From the sequence record KT895374.1: DNA of 64,000 bases. One strand, 5' to 3'. The notes under the pieces are model-generated. The model was not told where the DNA came from. It made no database searches and saw only the letters and a program-made list of their open reading frames with translations. Every line of letters starts with the position of its first letter. Position 1 is the first letter of the stretch. The position numbers and the translations under genes are program-made. This document shows positions 19,100-29,268 of this stretch, piece by piece.

Positions 19100-19158
19100 T
19101 GTCGCACCTTCCTTATTTAAATGCATCTTATCTAATTGTTTTAATAAAGAAAATTATA

Positions 19159-19200
19159 AAAGTAATATAAACAAGAATAAATCCTTGTTTATATTACTTT
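19159..19200. terminator. 17-bp inverted repeat terminator
   Basis: AAAGTAATATAAACAAG-N8-CTTGTTTATATTACTTT. Confidence 0.75.
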
Positions 19201-19210
19201 ATTTAAGTCT

Positions 19211-21949
19211 TTATCGTACTACAATTTGTCCAACAAAATCTTCAGCAAAAGAAACAGTGACAACTTTAGTATCATCATTTATTTGAACAGAAGATGGGAT
19301 AACTTGAGTCCAAACTGTTTGGAATACTTTATCTTCTTCTGGAATTGTTTCACCTTCGGCTGGTTCAGGTGTAACATCTAATTGCTCAGATTTGAAAGCA
19401 GCTACAAAAAATTCAAAACCAAATTCATGAGTTAATTGATGAGCTTCGGATGCAATTTCAACTTTTTTAGTAGCTTCTTCTACTTTTAAAGTATACTTGT
19501 CTTGGACAAGACGAGAAGTAACTTCAGTTGAAAGATCAGAAGCAGGAATACCTTTAGATGGTTTAGTATAAGCTTGTTCCAATTTAGTACGATCAGCTGT
19601 AGACAAATGAATTGCTTCATCAGAAACGTGTTCTGATAGAGAATCAATTGTTCCAGATAGTTCAGTAGTTAAATCAGAAGCAGGAATACCTTTAGATGGT
19701 TTAGAGTACTTACCATCCCACTTAGTACGATCACTTTCAGTTACATGGGCAACCTGATCGTTTTTATGAGCATCCAAATTGGTAATCGTTGCAAAAGAAT
19801 CAATCTTAGTTTTTAAAGTAGTTGAAAGATCTGCCTGTGGAATACCAGTAGATGGTTTAACATACTTAGCGTTCCAGCCGTCACGTTCTGATTGAGTAAC
19901 GTGTTTAACAGTATCAGTAGCATGAGCATTGAAATCTGTTGTAGAAACCATTCCATTTACTTTTGAACGGAAATTTTGCTCAATATCAGTTTCAGGAATA
20001 CCAGTAGATGGTTTAGTATAAGCACCATTCCAAGTATCACGCTCTTCAGCAGTGATATGAATAACAGTATCATTAGCATGACTAGTTAGATCTGAAGCTT
20101 TAGCTGAAGTCTCAATTTTAGTTTTAAGACTAGCTTCTAAATCAATAGCAGGAATTCCTTTTTCTGGTTTATCATATTTAGCAACCCATGAAGCACGCTC
20201 TTCAGCAGTAACGTGTTTAACAGTATCATTAGAGTGTGTAGTTAAAGCATTAGTAGAAGCTTTACTATCAACCTTTGCTCTAAATGCAACAGTTAGATCT
20301 TCTTCAGGAATACCATCTTTTGGCTTATCATACTTAGCTCCCCATTTAGCTTTTTCTGTTTCAGTTGTATGTGCAACTTTATCAGCAATATGAGCAGAAA
20401 GATCAGCCGCTTTAGCCGCAGAATTAATCTTAGCTGTAACATCTTTATGGAGATCTTCTTCAGGAATACCATTAGTAGCCTTCTGGTATCTAGAGTTCCA
20501 AGAATCACGTTCTGATTGAGTAACGTGTTTAACTGAATCAGTAGCATGAGTGTTGAAATCTGTATTAGATACTTTACTATTCAATTTAGTTTGAAGACCT
20601 GCAGAAAGATCATCTTCAGGAATACCATTAGCAGGTTTATCATACTTAGCATTCCACTTAGTACGCTCACCATCTTGAACGTGAATCTTACCATCAGCTT
20701 TATGAACATTCCAAGCAGTACGCTCATCAGCTGTAATATGAATAGTAGCATCAGTGGCATGTTCTTTCAATTCATTTTTAGTAGCCGCAGTATTTAATTT
20801 ACTTTGGACAGAAGAAGTTAAATCTCCTTCAGGAATACCGTTAACAGGTTTCTCATATTTGCTTGACCAAGCAGTACGCTCTGTGCCAGTAATATGTCGT
20901 ACTTCATCTTCTTTATGGGATTGAAGTTCCTCATCTTTAGCCGCTTCAGAAATTTCATCTTGAACATACTTCTCTAGATGGTTAAATGGAACTCCACCTT
21001 CTGGCTTTAGATATTTAGCATTCCATTTTTCTCTTTCAGTATCAGTAATATGTCGTACTTCATTCTCATCATGTTTTTTAAGATCATCAGCTTTAGCCAT
21101 TGAATTAATAGTGTTTTGTACACCTTCAGAGAAATGAGTAAATGGAATACCAGTAGCAGGTTTATCATATTTCTTATTCCATTTAGCACGTTCACTAGTA
21201 GAAGTATGAATATCACCATTTTCAGTATGAACCTTAAGATCTGTATCAAGAGCTGAAGCATCTACACGATCTGTAAATTCTTTAGCGATATCAGTTTTAG
21301 GGATACCCAAAGAAGGTTTATCATATTTCTTATTCCAAGCAGTACGTTCAGCCGCAACAATATGGCGAACATCATCCATATCATGGATATCATAGTCTCT
21401 ATGAAGAACTACTTCTTTATCCATAAGCTCAACTTTAATAGCTTTATCATCATTAAAGATATCACTTTTAGATACTTTAGCGGTTAAAATACTATCAACT
21501 TGAGATTTAGTGTAAAAACGAGTAGTATCAAGTGTAAGAGTATTTAGATCTTCAATGTTTTCTAGACGGATACTACCTGTAAAGCGACCATTTTCATCGA
21601 TCATGGCTTTTACTTTACCTTTAGAAACAAGAGTTAAAATGTTTCCAGTGCTAGTATTTTCAATAACGTTTGAACCATTACCACGAAGCATTGTATCGTT
21701 ATTTCGAGTATGCTTCTTGTCAATAGCATCTTTCAATTCAGCATTCATTGTAACACCTACTCCTGAATCATATACTGGATTTCCTGTCTCATCATAACCG
21801 ATAGGTGAAGTATTATAGCTTCCTGGAGAGACAATAATTTTGGATAATGAGCTAAATCTAGAATTAGATGATAATTGATCAATAATTGATTTACTTAGAG
21901 AATTAGAACTCAAAGTTGTAGAATAAAAAGAATTTAGATCATATGCCAT
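19211..21949 (-). CDS. tail fibre protein with 12 full ~52-aa repeats and one partial repeat
   Basis: Unit HxxDxxxHxTxxERxxWNxKYxKPxxGIPxxDL; ATG 21949 preferred on the AAAGGTGG RBS (track start 21961). Confidence 0.75.
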   Translation of the reverse strand: MAYDLNSFYSTTLSSNSLSKSIIDQLSSNSRFSSLSKIIVSPGSYNTSPIGYDETGNPVYDSGVGVTMNAELKDAIDKKHTRNNDTMLRGNGSNVIENTSTGNILTLVSKGKVKAMIDENGRFTGSIRLENIEDLNTLTLDTTRFYTKSQVDSILTAKVSKSDIFNDDKAIKVELMDKEVVLHRDYDIHDMDDVRHIVAAERTAWNKKYDKPSLGIPKTDIAKEFTDRVDASALDTDLKVHTENGDIHTSTSERAKWNKKYDKPATGIPFTHFSEGVQNTINSMAKADDLKKHDENEVRHITDTEREKWNAKYLKPEGGVPFNHLEKYVQDEISEAAKDEELQSHKEDEVRHITGTERTAWSSKYEKPVNGIPEGDLTSSVQSKLNTAATKNELKEHATDATIHITADERTAWNVHKADGKIHVQDGERTKWNAKYDKPANGIPEDDLSAGLQTKLNSKVSNTDFNTHATDSVKHVTQSERDSWNSRYQKATNGIPEEDLHKDVTAKINSAAKAADLSAHIADKVAHTTETEKAKWGAKYDKPKDGIPEEDLTVAFRAKVDSKASTNALTTHSNDTVKHVTAEERASWVAKYDKPEKGIPAIDLEASLKTKIETSAKASDLTSHANDTVIHITAEERDTWNGAYTKPSTGIPETDIEQNFRSKVNGMVSTTDFNAHATDTVKHVTQSERDGWNAKYVKPSTGIPQADLSTTLKTKIDSFATITNLDAHKNDQVAHVTESDRTKWDGKYSKPSKGIPASDLTTELSGTIDSLSEHVSDEAIHLSTADRTKLEQAYTKPSKGIPASDLSTEVTSRLVQDKYTLKVEEATKKVEIASEAHQLTHEFGFEFFVAAFKSEQLDVTPEPAEGETIPEEDKVFQTVWTQVIPSSVQINDDTKVVTVSFAEDFVGQIVVR

Positions 21950-21972
21950 TAAAAAGTCCACCTTTCTATGTT

Positions 21973-24300
21973 TTAATCTTTGTAATTATCCTTGGAATAA
22001 GGCTCATTACAATCGACTAATATATTGTTATTTAAATAAGGAAGAATAATGGGAATATTTTCATTTAAATAGGTTAAAAAAGGTGTCAGGTTTTCATTGT
22101 TACAATTTATATCAATGGCATTTCCTTCCAATAGATTACTATCTATAAAATTATATAAAAGGAATACTCTAGATGGATTAAATAATCTAACATTATCATC
22201 ATACTTATAATCATTATAAGAACGGTTACTATTTAGACTTATATCATGATTAAAATAAATTGAAAGTTTTTCTTTAGGATTTATTGTAACAATTCCACCC
22301 TTAATATTTGTAAATAGGACTTCATTGTTAGAATTTAATCTAGGACTAATTTCATTTTTAATCATCTCATAAATTTGCTCTAAATAATTATATTTACTAT
22401 CAAATTGATAGATATATTTTAATCCTGTATAAGAATCTTTATCATCTTCTTTAATTTCTGGAATATCTTTTAAATCTATATACTTATTGATAAAATCATT
22501 ATGACCTGATTCAATGTATTCTTTATCCAACTCATTAGGATTTTCTTTATATAAATTTATTAGATTTTGAATGATAGGATCTTTTTCATAATGAAATCTA
22601 ATCATTATATTTTTTCTTGATTTTACATTCTTAAATGCTAATACTTTTGAATTAAGAATATCATATTGATCTTTATTTACCTTTTTATTATTAATAAAAA
22701 CAGTAAATGTATTTTCAATCAATGGGCTAGAATTATCAGGAAGAGTTACAATACTTCTATTATTAAAATTGGATTCGGATTCTTTAAAAAAGTAATAGGT
22801 ATTATCTAGATAATCTCTATAAATAATCTCTATTTTAGAACCAAAGAAAGTCATATCTTTAAATAGAATCATTGAAGGAACTTGTTTATGAAGTTTTAAA
22901 TTAATTAATGTATAGTCCTGTTCAGGAACTAATCTATAACCATTAACATATACTTCAATTTTTTCAATATCTGATAAAAATTCATTGATTACTTCACCTT
23001 TAGATGTAACATAAGTAACTGGAACAAAATAACAAGGTACTTGATATTCTTTAGCCATCTTATTGTACATATCAGTTTTAAAATACATGACTTCTGAAAG
23101 ATGATTAGTTGTGATCATTATTTCATTCCCAATTTTTGCAACATATGCATCTTTTATTCTAACTCTTAAGGAATATTTATTAGAGCCTTTATTGATAATA
23201 GTTACTTTTGTCCTTAAAGGATTAACTCTTTTCCAAGAATTACTATTTTTAAATCTAACATAAATTGAAAAATCTTTATGATTTACAAAACTACCAATTG
23301 AAGAATCATTAATGGTGATTCCTTTAGTATATAAATCCTCTAAATCATTATCATCCTGAATCATATACTTTAAATGATAATTTTCGGAATCTATTAATCT
23401 TTTTCTAAAATCCTCTAATGAAATAGTTGAATTATTTTTAATATCATATTCAGTGAGAAAAGCCTGATTTATTCCATCCTTTTTAATCTGGTGAGTATCA
23501 TCTCTACCGAATGTTTTCTTTCCATCAACAAAGACATTTAATTTATGAGAATCAGAGATAAAATGATTAATATCTTTTAAAATAAATTTATATTTTTCTC
23601 CACTTTTCCCAAAAGAAGCTTCCTCACCATAAATATCAAAAGGACTTTGTAGTTTGTATATTCCTTTTGTTCCAGAAGTTAATTTAAAATTTCTTTCATT
23701 AACTTTACTAGACATATAAGAAATAAGTTTTTTAATCTCATTAGGATCTAAACTCTCTACATTATTTAGAGAATCTATTAAAAATTTATCTTTATATCTA
23801 ATATCTCCATTAATTGTTATTTGCTTAATTTTAGATATACTATCAATATTTCTTTCTAATAATATTCCTTTTCTACTAGGGTAATAATAGTCTAATGAAT
23901 CTTTATAATTAAATAATCTAATTCTAACATATAAATCTTCTTGATCTGTATATTTATCAATTTTATCTGATAGAGTTATAAACTCTTTAGTGAAACCATT
24001 TTCAATTTCTTTTAATCTATAAAGTACTTCTTCCTTACTATTGATGATTTCTATTTGATTAGTAATAGTTAATTGAGAGAAGTTTTTAAATTTCCAAGTA
24101 ATATCTTCCTTAGAAATATTTAAATTTTCCAAAAAAAAGAGAGGAATCTTTTCTGATACCTCCCTTTCCATTCCTCTCTCATCTTTTACAATCAGATCTA
24201 TATTTAGATATGAACTATGAAATTCTCTATTACTATAGGTAATAATTTTTTCAATATCAATAGGAGTGTCCATTTTATCTGATTTATAAAGAGTAGCCAT
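21973..24300 (-). CDS. virion structural protein, baseplate/tail-associated (775 aa)
   Basis: Lies in the structural operon; N-terminus carries the WKxKN...YYP..GI repeat of the upstream gene. Confidence 0.6.
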   Translation of the reverse strand: MATLYKSDKMDTPIDIEKIITYSNREFHSSYLNIDLIVKDERGMEREVSEKIPLFFLENLNISKEDITWKFKNFSQLTITNQIEIINSKEEVLYRLKEIENGFTKEFITLSDKIDKYTDQEDLYVRIRLFNYKDSLDYYYPSRKGILLERNIDSISKIKQITINGDIRYKDKFLIDSLNNVESLDPNEIKKLISYMSSKVNERNFKLTSGTKGIYKLQSPFDIYGEEASFGKSGEKYKFILKDINHFISDSHKLNVFVDGKKTFGRDDTHQIKKDGINQAFLTEYDIKNNSTISLEDFRKRLIDSENYHLKYMIQDDNDLEDLYTKGITINDSSIGSFVNHKDFSIYVRFKNSNSWKRVNPLRTKVTIINKGSNKYSLRVRIKDAYVAKIGNEIMITTNHLSEVMYFKTDMYNKMAKEYQVPCYFVPVTYVTSKGEVINEFLSDIEKIEVYVNGYRLVPEQDYTLINLKLHKQVPSMILFKDMTFFGSKIEIIYRDYLDNTYYFFKESESNFNNRSIVTLPDNSSPLIENTFTVFINNKKVNKDQYDILNSKVLAFKNVKSRKNIMIRFHYEKDPIIQNLINLYKENPNELDKEYIESGHNDFINKYIDLKDIPEIKEDDKDSYTGLKYIYQFDSKYNYLEQIYEMIKNEISPRLNSNNEVLFTNIKGGIVTINPKEKLSIYFNHDISLNSNRSYNDYKYDDNVRLFNPSRVFLLYNFIDSNLLEGNAIDINCNNENLTPFLTYLNENIPIILPYLNNNILVDCNEPYSKDNYKD

Positions 24301-24310
24301 TCAATCACCC

Positions 24311-26863
24311 TTAATCTTTAATAATATAATAAACCTTTTCATAATCTTTATCAGAAACTGATGCTGACACGTCTAATTTATATTCAGATTCATTTTCAGT
24401 ACTATCTATTTCAACTTTAAAATTAGTTATATCAGGTTTATGATTGTTTTCTAATTTAAAAGGTATTCCATTTATACTAGGATAATAAGAAACTAATTGT
24501 TCTTCTTCTGTAAAAACTCTTAATCTGAAAAAGTAATCACCGTTATCATAATCATTGAAATCAATTTCTTCCATTAATTCTTTATATTCAGTCTGATTAG
24601 ATATTGTAAAAACCTTCCCTAGTCCATCAAGGTCTCCACTATTATTTAGAATTTCAGCTTGAATATTTATTGGTGAACTTGATAGGTTTCTAATTAACCA
24701 ATAGAATTCATTGTAATCTCTGTATAGATTTTGAATATCAAACATATATACTCTTTCTATAATTGAATTTATTTCATTACCCTCATCAATACACTCTATA
24801 AATAAATCAATATATGCTTTTCTTATATCATCTTTAGGATATTTTTGATAGGTTTCTAATTTTAAAGGAGTTTCTACATATTCTTTTGATTCTTCAATAA
24901 TATTTCCCTTACTATCTGTTACAGAGTAAGTGACCATATCATCTTCATTATCTTCAATGATGCCATTATAATTTATAACAGTTTCATCATCTTCATTAGT
25001 TTCAATTCCAATTGAATTTGTAGTTATTATTGGTTTAGTATTTTCTATAGTTGTAAATTTGATTCCCTCTTCATTTGGATAGTATTGAATCAAATCTTCC
25101 TCTTCTGATATTATTCGAATTCTATAATAATATTCCCCCTGTTTTAATTTAGGTCGTATTCTATCTTTTATTTCAACTGGTCTTAACGTTTCTCCAGTTC
25201 TATTTTCATTTCCTAAATAAACAGTATTTATCTCAATTTCTTCTTCAGTGTTTCCTTCTTCATCAGTAACTGAAACAAGATTATGTTCTAATATCTCTAA
25301 CTGTGTAATTAGTTCAAATCTAGAAAAATTATCTAATTTCCAGCTAAAAATATGTCCTAATCTTTCACGCAATGAAGATATAATAAAAGAGTTAGCTCTA
25401 ACTGCAAGAGTAGCTTCTCCACCCTTATCATCTATTACATAAATTACAATATTTGATCCTGAAGCATCAACAGTATATTCTTCTTTTAAGTTTAAATTAT
25501 AAGGGGTTTCTATATAATCTCTTGCTTCTCTAATTATTGTTCCTTCTTCATCTAAAACTGTAAAAAGAATATGATCATTTTCAGGATCAGTAATATCTGC
25601 GTTTAAGATTAAAAATCTTGTATCATCTAAATCTCTCATAAGATACGCTTCATTTAATGTAATGATTGGATTTAGATGAGGATATCTTGTGAATTGTATA
25701 CCTTCCTCGTTTGGATAATAGGTAGACCAATTATCTTCTTCACTCCATACTTTTAGACGAAACTTGTAATAATTCTTTTGAATAGCAAACTCTTCAGCGT
25801 CTTCTATATTAATAAAATTATATGAACCTCTATATTGATTTACTTCTCCAACCTTAACTATTTGATTATAAAAATCTAATACCTCTGGTTGCATAGATAT
25901 ATTTCTATTAGATCTATTTTTAAATTTCCATACAAAATGATCTCGGACTCTACGAAGATTATCAATTGAAAATAAGTCTACCTGATAGGAGTGACTATTA
26001 TTTCCATATATTTCATCAAAGACATTAACTGTAATAATTAACTTACTAGTATTAAAGAAAGTTTTAGGATATTCATACTCAAAAAAATCAATTCGTGGTG
26101 TGTAATCAAAATTAATCATCTCTTTTAATGTATTACCTAGATTATCTTTAATATTGTATTTTACTCTATCTTCTTCTTCATCACTAATAATTACCTTACC
26201 AGTTAATTTAAAAGTGCTTTTTTCTTCTAATAAAACAATATCTTTTAATCTTACTCTTGGATTTTCATTATTCCTTACAATAAATTTTATACCTGAATCG
26301 TCAGGATAATATCTATTCCAGTTTTCATCCTTACTATAATATCGAATTCGATAATAGTATTCGCCTTCCTCTAAATCTTTTAAGTTAATAGATGATCTAT
26401 AATTTGATGTACCTTTTTTATTAGAATCCATTCGGTATTCTAAACTATTAGTCATAAGTTCTTTTTCTTTGTTGACTATTTCAACCATTGTATAAATTGA
26501 ATAAGGAGAAAAGTTTTTAACTTTCCAAGAAAATTCATCCAATTTAGTTCTCTCTAGATTATAAATATCATATAGGTTAAAATCTTTTCTTATAGTATTA
26601 ATAGATCCTAAATCATTTTCAGCTTCAATAGTAATATAACTATTTGAGTTTTTAAACTTAACGTCTTCTAAAAAAATAACTTTAGATATTTTAATAGGTG
26701 ATAGTTTATACTCTTCTATTTGATCTATAATTTTACCATCTTCATTTTTAATTTTATACTTAATATTATTGCCATTATCATCCTCGATAATGGCAATAAC
26801 TCTTAGCTGAAGTCTATTTTTAGAATCCGAATCAACAGTTACAGATTGAATATTTAATTCCAT
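24311..26863 (-). CDS. virion structural protein with four ~200-aa beta-rich repeats (850 aa)
   Basis: Repeated F.WK.KN.S...EI...Y..RI...YYP...GI.F...P.I...I.D.E.D.V.Y. Confidence 0.65.
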   Translation of the reverse strand: MELNIQSVTVDSDSKNRLQLRVIAIIEDDNGNNIKYKIKNEDGKIIDQIEEYKLSPIKISKVIFLEDVKFKNSNSYITIEAENDLGSINTIRKDFNLYDIYNLERTKLDEFSWKVKNFSPYSIYTMVEIVNKEKELMTNSLEYRMDSNKKGTSNYRSSINLKDLEEGEYYYRIRYYSKDENWNRYYPDDSGIKFIVRNNENPRVRLKDIVLLEEKSTFKLTGKVIISDEEEDRVKYNIKDNLGNTLKEMINFDYTPRIDFFEYEYPKTFFNTSKLIITVNVFDEIYGNNSHSYQVDLFSIDNLRRVRDHFVWKFKNRSNRNISMQPEVLDFYNQIVKVGEVNQYRGSYNFINIEDAEEFAIQKNYYKFRLKVWSEEDNWSTYYPNEEGIQFTRYPHLNPIITLNEAYLMRDLDDTRFLILNADITDPENDHILFTVLDEEGTIIREARDYIETPYNLNLKEEYTVDASGSNIVIYVIDDKGGEATLAVRANSFIISSLRERLGHIFSWKLDNFSRFELITQLEILEHNLVSVTDEEGNTEEEIEINTVYLGNENRTGETLRPVEIKDRIRPKLKQGEYYYRIRIISEEEDLIQYYPNEEGIKFTTIENTKPIITTNSIGIETNEDDETVINYNGIIEDNEDDMVTYSVTDSKGNIIEESKEYVETPLKLETYQKYPKDDIRKAYIDLFIECIDEGNEINSIIERVYMFDIQNLYRDYNEFYWLIRNLSSSPINIQAEILNNSGDLDGLGKVFTISNQTEYKELMEEIDFNDYDNGDYFFRLRVFTEEEQLVSYYPSINGIPFKLENNHKPDITNFKVEIDSTENESEYKLDVSASVSDKDYEKVYYIIKD

Positions 26864-26875
26864 CTAAAACAACAC

Positions 26876-27820
26876 CTATCTTAATAATTTACTAAATTCA
26901 GTATAAACATCAGCAATATATTTCCCAGCTACACTTTCAATAATATAATCTTTTGAAATTCCACCGTTTACTACTGAACCGAAAATAACAGAATAGAATG
27001 ATGCTAAATTATCAACCGCTAATAATGAACTCTCCCCATACATTCTAACCCAGTCATTGATAAACACTCTAACCGTTAAATCTCTCATACCTTTTAAATC
27101 TTTTATATTTTCAAAGAATTTAAAAATATCATCATAAGCATTATCATCCAGTTTACTTTCTTCTTCTTTGATTAGTTTTAGTGGGGATTTATTAAAACAT
27201 GCATAGTATGCAATATTATCAACTGTTTCACTATCTATTTTACCACACATATTGATTAAGAAAAATTTAGCCAGTAGGAACGATACTAGATCAGCTCTAA
27301 ATGGTTCAATACTTGTTGCAAATAGTTTGTCTAAGATTTTACCATTCATTTTTGCATAAACTATAGCACTATTTCTAATGATATTGATATTATTAGTGAA
27401 TCTATTCCAATTATTAGCAAGTTCTAATTGAATCATTCCATTTTGCATAAGATTAAATAATAATTTTGGATAAATATCAAATACTTCAGTACCTTTTGGC
27501 TTTTTTGCAAAGTCATTCAGGTTAATCACTGAAACCATTTGACCTTTATATTGCATTCCAAAAGTTGACAAATATTTAGGTATTTCAATGGTTGGATTCC
27601 AGATAGGTATGATTTTACCATTATTAAAATGCTGAAGAGTTTTACCTTTTCCACCAAAATTAATTCTTCTAGATATAATATTTAAAGCTTCATCTAGTTC
27701 ATTTGATTTTACAGCATCCCGATCAATGTTAACTGCATTAATATTTTTAACTACTTTTGGATTTGATATAGCTTGTTTAAAAATAGCACTGTCTCTTATT
27801 GTTTTCAAAATACTAGCCAC
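26876..27820 (-). CDS. hypothetical protein heading the late structural operon (314 aa)
   Basis: GTG start; AACA-N6-TA motif at 27838..27849. Confidence 0.65.
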   Translation of the reverse strand: MASILKTIRDSAIFKQAISNPKVVKNINAVNIDRDAVKSNELDEALNIISRRINFGGKGKTLQHFNNGKIIPIWNPTIEIPKYLSTFGMQYKGQMVSVINLNDFAKKPKGTEVFDIYPKLLFNLMQNGMIQLELANNWNRFTNNINIIRNSAIVYAKMNGKILDKLFATSIEPFRADLVSFLLAKFFLINMCGKIDSETVDNIAYYACFNKSPLKLIKEEESKLDDNAYDDIFKFFENIKDLKGMRDLTVRVFINDWVRMYGESSLLAVDNLASFYSVIFGSVVNGGISKDYIIESVAGKYIADVYTEFSKLLR

Positions 27821-27837
27821 CTTTTTATTTACTATTA

Positions 27838-27849
27838 TATTTAGTTGTT
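27838..27849 (-). promoter_or_regulatory. late-type promoter AACA-N6-TA heading the structural operon
   Basis: Minus strand AACA-ACTAAA-TA just upstream of the RBS. Confidence 0.55.
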
Positions 27850-27890
27850 TTGAAAGAGGGTTAATATATAAAATGAAAAAAAAAAAAAAA

Positions 27891-27918
27891 ATAGGATTTA
27901 GTAATTACTAAATCCTAT
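27891..27918. terminator. 28-bp perfect palindrome, probable terminator
   Basis: ATAGGATTTAGTAATTACTAAATCCTAT next to an A-tract. Confidence 0.65.
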
Positions 27919-27962
27919 CGAAGATATTATTATTAATAGTTATATTTAAAGATATTATTTAT

Positions 27963-28148
27963 TTAATCTTCAATTAAGACAGATGCAAGTACAACATCTT
28001 GAAGAATAAAATTCTGACCGTCATCACCTTCAACCGCACATAGACCATCATGAATATCTCTAATTGTACCATTAATAATAAATCTTCTAAAACCTCTTGT
28101 AACTTCAAATTTAACTTTCTGATCAACTTCTAATTTCATTTGTCTCAT
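27963..28148 (-). CDS. small beta-barrel (SH3/KOW-like) protein (61 aa)
   Basis: Alternating beta pattern KVKFEV...INGTIRDI...CAVEGDDG; GGGAGAGG RBS; fold is inference. Confidence 0.6.
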   Translation of the reverse strand: MRQMKLEVDQKVKFEVTRGFRRFIINGTIRDIHDGLCAVEGDDGQNFILQDVVLASVLIED

Positions 28149-28233
28149 AACATAGCCCTCTCCCTATTGGTATATAATAAATTTAACGTGGTTTTTGTTT
28201 TCTTTTTCTAATAAGCATTTTCTTATTTCTAGT

Positions 28234-28448
28234 GCATCTGCTAATTCTTAGTAGTAGGTTTAATTTCCTGATCTCTCTAGTAATCAACACAGCTTTTGTC
28301 TCCTTTACCAACAATATTAATAAAAATTTAACTGTAAGACAGTTAAAGGTGATTATAATTTACTTAGCATCTTGTTTACCGCTAAACAAGACGTTCCATA
28401 CCGTTACCGTTTTTTCTCTATCATTCTATACGATAACGCTAGCAACGC
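28234..28448 (-). ncRNA. candidate structured non-coding RNA (~215 nt)
   Basis: Promoter-like TATATTAA-N6-G puts +1 at 28448; the 5' end GCGUUGCUAG pairs with the 3' end UUAGCA(G)AUGC; internal 11-bp and 9-bp hairpins; no credible minus-strand ORF. Confidence 0.45.
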
Positions 28449-28518
28449 CTATTTTTAATATAATCTACCATTTAAAGATTATTGAAAGGACTATTATAGG
28501 TATTTATAGCGCATCTAA

Positions 28519-29229
28519 TTATTTTACTTTTAATAAAGATTGAGTCATAAATTTACCTAAGTCTTCATCTTTTATTCCGCTATTACTATTAATATATCTT
28601 GAGATACGCTCAATAGCATTTGAGAAAGGAATTTTCTTCATATTATAAGTAAATCCTTTTTCAAAATTATATGAATGAGAAAAGTTATGAAGGTCTCTAG
28701 TGTCTAAACTAATTAGATAGAAATCACCATCGATTAATCTAATAGAAAATTTAGGTACTGAGTCGCTTTCATTAATCATCTCACGAGTAAATACAATTTC
28801 TTTACCATCTTTTAAAATCTGAATATAATCAAAGAATGTTTTACTTCTTTCAATATTATTCCAGAAACTTTCTTTTTCTGCTCTAATAATTCTTTCTTTC
28901 GTTAAGTTTGCATGATCTTTTCTTTCTTTCAAGATAACATTCTTTCCCATAATCTCTAAAAACTTAGGGTCATTAAGAGAACTTCTTCCGAAGTCCTCCA
29001 GACCTAAAGCCGCACCAAATGTCTTAACTGGAATAGACATTGGTTTTTGCAGATTATTAGGAAAGATAGAAATAATATCTTGATCAATACTATCAGTTTC
29101 TCTTTGATAAACATAATAAGCTTCACTATAGTTTAGCTCACTAACAAATCTGAAGAAAGCGATATTTTTCTCTCTGTATGCTTCATCAATTTTAGTTTCA
29201 TCAAATTCGAATCTCTCAGTTTTAATCAT
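28519..29229 (-). CDS. hypothetical protein (236 aa)
   Basis: Long ORF with AAGGGT RBS. Confidence 0.7.
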   Translation of the reverse strand: MIKTERFEFDETKIDEAYREKNIAFFRFVSELNYSEAYYVYQRETDSIDQDIISIFPNNLQKPMSIPVKTFGAALGLEDFGRSSLNDPKFLEIMGKNVILKERKDHANLTKERIIRAEKESFWNNIERSKTFFDYIQILKDGKEIVFTREMINESDSVPKFSIRLIDGDFYLISLDTRDLHNFSHSYNFEKGFTYNMKKIPFSNAIERISRYINSNSGIKDEDLGKFMTQSLLKVK

Positions 29230-29268
29230 AATAAGTTTCTACCCTTCTATTTTTAATTTAGTTAATAA

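Noticed and set aside
19211-21949. CRISPR array or non-coding tandem repeat (recurrent GGAATACC every ~156 nt)
   Set aside because: The periodicity is the coding GIP motif of the 52-aa protein repeat inside one open frame.
28234-28520. RNase P, tmRNA or SRP identity for the RNA candidate (GGAACG and GCGGUAAAC recall RNase P segments)
   Set aside because: No GAGGAAAGUCC/P4 pairing, no tRNA-like CCA end and no SRP helix-8 motif; it is also too short for RNase P.
28232-28543. 103-aa plus-strand ORF
   Set aside because: It is antisense to the whole surrounding operon, has no RBS, and overlaps the end of 28519..29229; the region is better explained by the structured RNA candidate.
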